In this document: one piece after another, positions 58,992 to 64,000 of the stretch
How the letters are laid out: every line of letters starts with the position of its first letter
How positions within the stretch are numbered: the stretch's first letter is position 1
Source of the DNA: an uncultured Acidobacteriota bacterium
GTDB taxonomy: Bacteria > Acidobacteriota > UBA6911 > RPQK01 > JAPXNP01
Assembly: GCA_963777605.1 (NCBI GenBank)
Contig: CAVZRV010000008.1
Location: 352,001-416,000, forward strand
DNA length: 64,000 bases
Direction of reading: 5' to 3'
Made by a program: the position numbers and the translations under genes
Notes under the pieces: generated by a model
Seen by the model: only the letters and a program-made list of their open reading frames with translations
What the model was told of the DNA's origin: nothing
Databases searched by the model: none

Positions 58992-61772
58992 ATGCGACGA
59001 ACCGGATTCATAATCTGCCAGTGGTTGATGGGGTCAGTGCTGGCGGTGGCTTCTCCTTCCGCAGTTTTTCTGCAGGAGCCCGCAACGACCGGTGCCCAGG
59101 GGACAGGAGTTGTGGGAGGGGCGGCGCCCAGCGGAATTATGGGAGCCCCTTCTGGCACTGCATCGCAGAGAGAGTTGCAGCGGCGTCTTCGCGACGCGCA
59201 GACGACGAAGAGTCCCGGGGGGGCATCCAGCGGCGGTGTTACGGTAGCCGGCGGCCAGGAAGGAGCAACCGGGGTAGTCGCGCCTTCGGCGAACCCGGTT
59301 CCACGCGCTGCCACGCCCAGGAATGATCGGGAATCGGCTTCCTCGGGTCCGGGCATAAAACTGAACTTCAGCAATGCCGACATTACCCGGGTCATCAACT
59401 CGATCATGCAGGAACTGGGGTACTCGTACGTCATCGATCCACAGGTTCAGGGAACGGTCAATATCTTCAGCATGCGTGAAATCCCTCGGGAACGGCTCTT
59501 TTCGGTTCTGGAGCAATTGCTCAAGATGAACGGACTGGCCATTGTGAAGCAGGACGACTACTACGTGGTCGTTCCGATTGCTGAGAGCCCCACGGTGCCC
59601 CACGGGGTACTCATGAATGCCCCGAGTGAGCCGGCCGAGACCGAAACGCCGGCCCCCGAGAAGAAGGGTGGAACTGCGACCGAAACCAAAACGGAGGGCG
59701 AGTCCGCCCAATCGGAAAGTGCTGTTGCGGCGGCCGAGGAGACTGGCATCATTCCCCGTCAAGGCACTGAACAGCGGGCCTCAAAGAAGAAGGGGCCCGA
59801 GGTGATTCGGGTCGAGCCGGTGGGTCCGATTGAAGAAAAGGGGATCGTCACTTACGTGATTCCCCTTAACTACATTCTTTCCGATGACATGCTCAAGATG
59901 GCCCAGGTGTTTCTGTCGCCGGGCTCGACAGTGGTCGATTTCGCGCCTGCCAACATGTTGATCGTCACGGATTTTCCGCAGAACATTGAGCAGGTCCTGA
60001 CCCTTGTCGATCTCCTCGACACCCGGTACTTCGAACTCAACAAAATCGACCTGATCTCGATTCGATTCAACAACGCGACTGATGTTGCCGAGGACCTGGC
60101 GAAGATATTTTCCCCTGGGGATTCGGCTGCCGGTGTCCGCATTGTGGCCATCGAGCGGCTTAACAGCATCCTGGTTGTGACCCGCTCAGTGGACGTTTTT
60201 GAGCAGGTCAAGATGTGGATCAAGAAACTGGATGCTCCTTCTTCGACGAGCAACATCAAGACCTACGTCTACCAGGTGGAAAACAGTACCTCAGTTCAGA
60301 TCGCCCAGATCCTGGCAGAACTCTACCAGGACGGCTTGGGTCTGCCGTCGGGTGCGAACGGTGGCGGCGCCTACGGTTCACAGGAGGGCAGGCTTGCCGG
60401 CGGCGGCACCCAGGGTTCGGTTTTGGGGCAGTCCGGCCGGAGTGGCTATGGAGGACAGGGAGGATTCGTGCCTGGCGGCGGCGGGGCGTATGGCGGTTCC
60501 TACGGTGGCTCCTACGGAAGTTCTTATGGGGGGGGGGGCTATGGTGGGAGTTCGTATGGCGGCTTCGGCGGAGGAGGGTATGGGGGCGGAGGCTATGGAT
60601 CGGGAGGCTATGGATCGGGGGGCTTCGGAGGTCGGCAGAGTCTTGGCGGCGGCGGCACGGGCATGCGCCAATTGGGCCCCGCCTTGTCGTCCTCTTCGCA
60701 GTCTCAGATCCGATCGATCTACGCGGGCAACGTCAAACTGGTGGTCAACGAGTTCAACAACTCCCTGATCATGCAGGGAACCGAGTCGGACATCCAGTTC
60801 ATGCTCGAAACCATTCGCCAGCTTGACACGCTTCCTCGTCAGGTATGGGTGGAAGCCCGGATTTTCTCGGTTGAGCTGCGTGACGATCTCAATTTTGGTG
60901 TCTCCGCGTTTCTCCAGGCGCAGGGAGCCGGGTCCACCGACGGGGACGGCAATTTCCTCCCGGCCACAACGGGCAGCGTCGTCGACGGCACGCTGTCAGC
61001 GACGACGCGGACTATGATCGGGAGTGAACGGGAAATCCAGACGATTGTATCGGCGCTGCGCGAGAAGACTAACGTGCAGGTTCTGGATGCGCCGAGGGTT
61101 CTCGCTCTCGACGGAACACCGGCTTCGATCAATATCGGTGCGGAAGTTCCGGTGACCTCGGCATCCTTCGGAAATCCGCTCCAATCGGGGACGACCAATT
61201 TCGTCAACTCGATTCAATTCCGACCCACCGGTACCACGCTCCTCTTCGTCCCTCGAATCAGTGCCAGTGGCATCGTCACCATGGATATCGTTCTCGAGAT
61301 CAGTTCGGCGACAGGGCCCGCCCTGACCCCGACGATCAACCGGAATTACATCCAGAGCTCATTCATCGTCCGGGACGGGCAGTCGATCGGCATCGCCGGA
61401 TTGATCAGCGATTCCTTTAACAACACCAAAAAACGGGTACCGGTCCTTGGAGAGATCCCGATCCTGGGAGCGCTCTTTGGGACCACCGCCAAGAACGAAC
61501 GGCGCTTTGAACTGGTCATCTTCATAACACCGAAGGTGATTCGGAACCTTCCCACTTCGACCGAACTGACGCTCGATTTCAAGCGTGCTTTGCGGAATGC
61601 CTACGATTTCATCAACCAGATGGAATTCGAGCAGCAGAATCTGATTGAGCAGCGGCGCCAGGAAGAAATGAAAGCCGGAGGACCGGCCGAACAGCCGAAA
61701 CCAGAAACTCCGGCGACTCCGCCGGCAGCGGAAGCGGCTCCGCTGGTTCCCGACAAGCCGCAGCAGAACTAG
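58992..61772 (+). CDS. gspD: Type II secretion secretin GspD
   Basis: LNFSNADI (N0), N1-N3 repeats, LDTLPRQVWVEARI, VRDGQSIGIAGLI, VPVLGEIPILGALFG, ELVIFITPKVI. Confidence 0.93.
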   Translation: MRRTGFIICQWLMGSVLAVASPSAVFLQEPATTGAQGTGVVGGAAPSGIMGAPSGTASQRELQRRLRDAQTTKSPGGASSGGVTVAGGQEGATGVVAPSANPVPRAATPRNDRESASSGPGIKLNFSNADITRVINSIMQELGYSYVIDPQVQGTVNIFSMREIPRERLFSVLEQLLKMNGLAIVKQDDYYVVVPIAESPTVPHGVLMNAPSEPAETETPAPEKKGGTATETKTEGESAQSESAVAAAEETGIIPRQGTEQRASKKKGPEVIRVEPVGPIEEKGIVTYVIPLNYILSDDMLKMAQVFLSPGSTVVDFAPANMLIVTDFPQNIEQVLTLVDLLDTRYFELNKIDLISIRFNNATDVAEDLAKIFSPGDSAAGVRIVAIERLNSILVVTRSVDVFEQVKMWIKKLDAPSSTSNIKTYVYQVENSTSVQIAQILAELYQDGLGLPSGANGGGAYGSQEGRLAGGGTQGSVLGQSGRSGYGGQGGFVPGGGGAYGGSYGGSYGSSYGGGGYGGSSYGGFGGGGYGGGGYGSGGYGSGGFGGRQSLGGGGTGMRQLGPALSSSSQSQIRSIYAGNVKLVVNEFNNSLIMQGTESDIQFMLETIRQLDTLPRQVWVEARIFSVELRDDLNFGVSAFLQAQGAGSTDGDGNFLPATTGSVVDGTLSATTRTMIGSEREIQTIVSALREKTNVQVLDAPRVLALDGTPASINIGAEVPVTSASFGNPLQSGTTNFVNSIQFRPTGTTLLFVPRISASGIVTMDIVLEISSATGPALTPTINRNYIQSSFIVRDGQSIGIAGLISDSFNNTKKRVPVLGEIPILGALFGTTAKNERRFELVIFITPKVIRNLPTSTELTLDFKRALRNAYDFINQMEFEQQNLIEQRRQEEMKAGGPAEQPKPETPATPPAAEAAPLVPDKPQQN

Positions 61773-61914
61773 CTTCTGGGAGAGCGGGTTTTATAGTTTC
61801 GGGATGGGAGTTTGGGGTGGCGAGGGGCCGTTCGACGACTCCTCGTTACGTTATTCCATTGCCTTGGTGATGTTTGCGGGTTTCTTGGAGCGCTCGTCGA
61901 ATCCGTAAGCGGAG

Positions 61915-62685
61915 CTACTGCTTTGGCTTACTGGTCCGACGACCTCGTTCCTTCTGCATGAACCAGCGCTGGATCGGGCTCATGTAGTTGTAGATGACCA
62001 GAAGCTGGAACTCGTGGATCGTTCCCTGCTGCTCGATCGTGAGGCTCAGCGAATCCGCAATATTGAATTCCTTGAGTTCCGGTCCCACATAATGGAAGAG
62101 TAGCTCCGCTTTTGATCGGGGGGGCACCATATCCACCGGCTTGTCCAGTTTCAGGCGGGCGTCGTCCATCTCAATCGCGACGATTTTCGCGGGAGAGTCC
62201 AACCCATTGACAACGTTCAATACGGAACCCTGTTTCGGCGTGTGCGCGTAAAAGACAAGCTGATCCGGAGTGACCTTCAATTCCGGGGGCATGGGCTTGG
62301 CTGCGGCCTTCCTGATGGCACGGTCGATCCGTTCGGTGATACCAATCGGAGGCTCGACCCGAACCTTCCAGCCGGTGTCCGTTCCGACCCAGGTCTCCTT
62401 CGCCTTGAAGGTGAACACTCCGTTCGGCAGAAACCGGTCGATTGAGACCGTAACGAGGGCCGTTGTGTCGGACTCCATGGAAATATCGACGATTTTGGGG
62501 TCTTTGAAATCGGGTTCCTGGCGGTTCAGGAAGTTGTTGAGGTCTTCCTCGTATACCGATTTCATTGCAGTGACCTTGTCGTGGCGCGCGAGAGCACTCC
62601 AGTAATCGATCACAGTGGTTGCCAGTTCGGCGGAGGGTGTTTGAGATGGGCCAAGTACAACCAGCACAAGAAGAGGCCAAAGCAT
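61915..62685 (-). CDS. Hypothetical exported protein (NTF2-like N-terminal part, Ig/PapD-like C-terminal part)
   Basis: Signal peptide; YWSAL...D...A / ETWV....WKV pattern; LKVTPDQLVF...LNVVN...VPPRSKAELLF beta-sandwich pattern (fold inferred by eye). Confidence 0.6.
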   Translation of the reverse strand: MLWPLLVLVVLGPSQTPSAELATTVIDYWSALARHDKVTAMKSVYEEDLNNFLNRQEPDFKDPKIVDISMESDTTALVTVSIDRFLPNGVFTFKAKETWVGTDTGWKVRVEPPIGITERIDRAIRKAAAKPMPPELKVTPDQLVFYAHTPKQGSVLNVVNGLDSPAKIVAIEMDDARLKLDKPVDMVPPRSKAELLFHYVGPELKEFNIADSLSLTIEQQGTIHEFQLLVIYNYMSPIQRWFMQKERGRRTSKPKQ

Positions 62686-62707
62686 GCACCGATCCTACCA
62701 GAAGACA

Positions 62708-62737
62708 TAAAAAAAGGGCTGGCAGATGCCAGCCCTT
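62708..62737 (-). terminator. Intrinsic terminator
   Basis: Perfect AAGGGCTGGCA/TGCCAGCCCTT stem followed by a T-run on the minus strand, 21 nt after the stop at 62759. Confidence 0.88.
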
Positions 62738-62758
62738 ACAGATTACGGTTGTCCCGAC

Positions 62759-63343
62759 TTACGGTTCAACCAGAGTTACGTCGATGGGGACCCCAGTGAA
62801 GTCTGCCTGCATCGGGAAAGCCTGCTGGCTTGCCACAGACGCAAACGTATTGACATAGGTTCCAACGATCCCGTCGAACTCACCGACGAAATAGCAGTAC
62901 CCAACGAAATTCTCGGTTGCTACATCGAATCCCATTGCACCCAGAATCTCGTCCACATAAGTCGTCCAGGTCCCACCCGGCACCAGCATTCCGTCTTCGG
63001 TAAGTCCCGAGCCGACTGGGCCATTGAGGGACGAACTGTAAGCATAAGACGAACCGTCGTTGCCGTTGCAGAACGCCCATACGGCACCTTCAGTATTCAA
63101 ACCTGCTGGGAACCCTGCGAACTCAACCCCGGCTACCGTCGGAACGGCAAGGGTGTTGCTGACCGAAATCGCCGTGCGGCTGCCGTCCGTCAAAGAGGTC
63201 ACGAACGTTGCCAGCGTGGCTGAGAATTCGGGTGTCCCGTCTTCCTGCAAAAATACCTGCGTGTCGGACCCTGCGGCGGCTGCATTGGCACCAAACGCAA
63301 GAACCAAAGCACCACAGATCAGAATCCACTTAAACTTTCCCAT
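62759..63343 (-). CDS. Acidic secreted protein of unknown function
   Basis: AAAGGAG SD, signal peptide ending ANAAAA, own promoter and terminator. Confidence 0.8.
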   Translation of the reverse strand: MGKFKWILICGALVLAFGANAAAAGSDTQVFLQEDGTPEFSATLATFVTSLTDGSRTAISVSNTLAVPTVAGVEFAGFPAGLNTEGAVWAFCNGNDGSSYAYSSSLNGPVGSGLTEDGMLVPGGTWTTYVDEILGAMGFDVATENFVGYCYFVGEFDGIVGTYVNTFASVASQQAFPMQADFTGVPIDVTLVEP

Positions 63344-63474
63344 GCTCTCCACTCCTTTCAAGTCGAAAATCTTTAAAGTTTTCTTGAGCTCAACCTATAT
63401 CTTAGTAAAACTCCATGGCCAATCCAGGGCGGGCCACCTCCGGTGACAACCCTGATCCCGCAAAACTCTGGCGT

Positions 63475-63504
63475 ATTTTATATATCACTCAAGGAAGGGG
63501 TCAA
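63475..63504 (-). promoter_or_regulatory. Sigma70-type promoter TTGACC-18-TAAAAT
   Basis: Near-consensus hexamers about 130 nt upstream of ATG 63343. Confidence 0.65.
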
Positions 63505-63599
63505 GAGCCTAAATTCGCTAAGTGTCGCGCTTTCGTCGACTTGCAGTACGAAATCAGGCTCCCGATCTCTTCTCTCCTCCTGTCGGCGTACTTCTTTCT

Positions 63600-64000
63600 T
63601 TATCTCTCCTGGATTTGCTGCGCCTGACGGTATGTCCCCAGCGCCTCCCGCAACCGTCCTTGCTGCTTGTAGACTTTGCCCTTGAGCATCAGCAGGGTGA
63701 AACGGTTGTCCGGTTGCGCAACCTTAGCGAGCGCTTCATCCAACAGCCGATGAGCCGAAGCATACTGCCCAGCTTCCGTGAGTGCGGTCACAATTGACCA
63801 GACTTCCTTCACGACGAGCTGTTCCTGCTCTCCGGAAAGGCCGAGTTCAAGGATTTTCTCGAACTCGGGGAGCACCCGATCGTACTGTCCCTCGTTGATG
63901 AGGATCGAGATGATCTCGTGTTGCGCAGCGGCAAAGCGAAGTTTTGCCTCAACGCCCGGGTTTACTACCGTGGTCGAGGCGGCAAGGAGACCGCAAAACA
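63600..64000 (-). CDS. TPR-containing protein, 5' end outside the window
   Basis: Frame open to the window edge; helical repeats ending KGKVYKQQGRLREALGTYRQAQ. Confidence 0.7.
   Translation of the reverse strand, partial: FCGLLAASTTVVNPGVEAKLRFAAAQHEIISILINEGQYDRVLPEFEKILELGLSGEQEQLVVKEVWSIVTALTEAGQYASAHRLLDEALAKVAQPDNRFTLLMLKGKVYKQQGRLREALGTYRQAQQIQER

Noticed and set aside
63344-63470. Riboswitch in the long leader of the secreted-protein gene
   Set aside because: A hairpin is present, but it matches no riboswitch consensus I recognise.

Overview
GC-rich bacterial chromosome segment, probably Acidobacteriota (inferred from gene content and protein style; not verified by search). It holds about 55 genes. 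Many carry single-base indels that split otherwise intact ORFs, most likely long-read consensus errors. In order: NUDIX hydrolase; TMTC-like GT-C/TPR membrane protein plus a Pro/Ala-rich partner; Tat-exported hydroxypyruvate-isomerase-family protein; GldA/GldF-GldG/DUF4340 ABC module; an 8-gene lipid-modification operon (bcp, desaturase, FAD oxidoreductase, DUF1365, cfa, DUF2878, DUF1295, methyltransferase) beside a B12-binding MerR photoreceptor (CarH/LitR type), whose promoters share a 10-bp motif; a GT-C protein facing an sxtI/J/K-like carbamoyltransferase triplet; M24 peptidase, plsC, rfbB, rfbA, polA; an ECF sigma/zinc anti-sigma operon whose HtrA-like partner appears to lack the whole catalytic triad; uvrA; DHS-like protein, GT2, coaE, sulfatase-like protein, methyltransferase; tmRNA (tag ANNQLALAA); VIT1 transporter; PAS/Cys-GAF hybrid kinase; M23 peptidase; a second ECF/anti-sigma pair translationally coupled to a type II secretion operon whose secretin has a YG-rich low-complexity insert; and an acidic, lysine-free secreted protein with strong expression signals. 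Intergenic DNA carries several REP-like hairpin families and heptamer arrays. No CRISPR array, rRNA, tRNA, integrase or transposase was seen.
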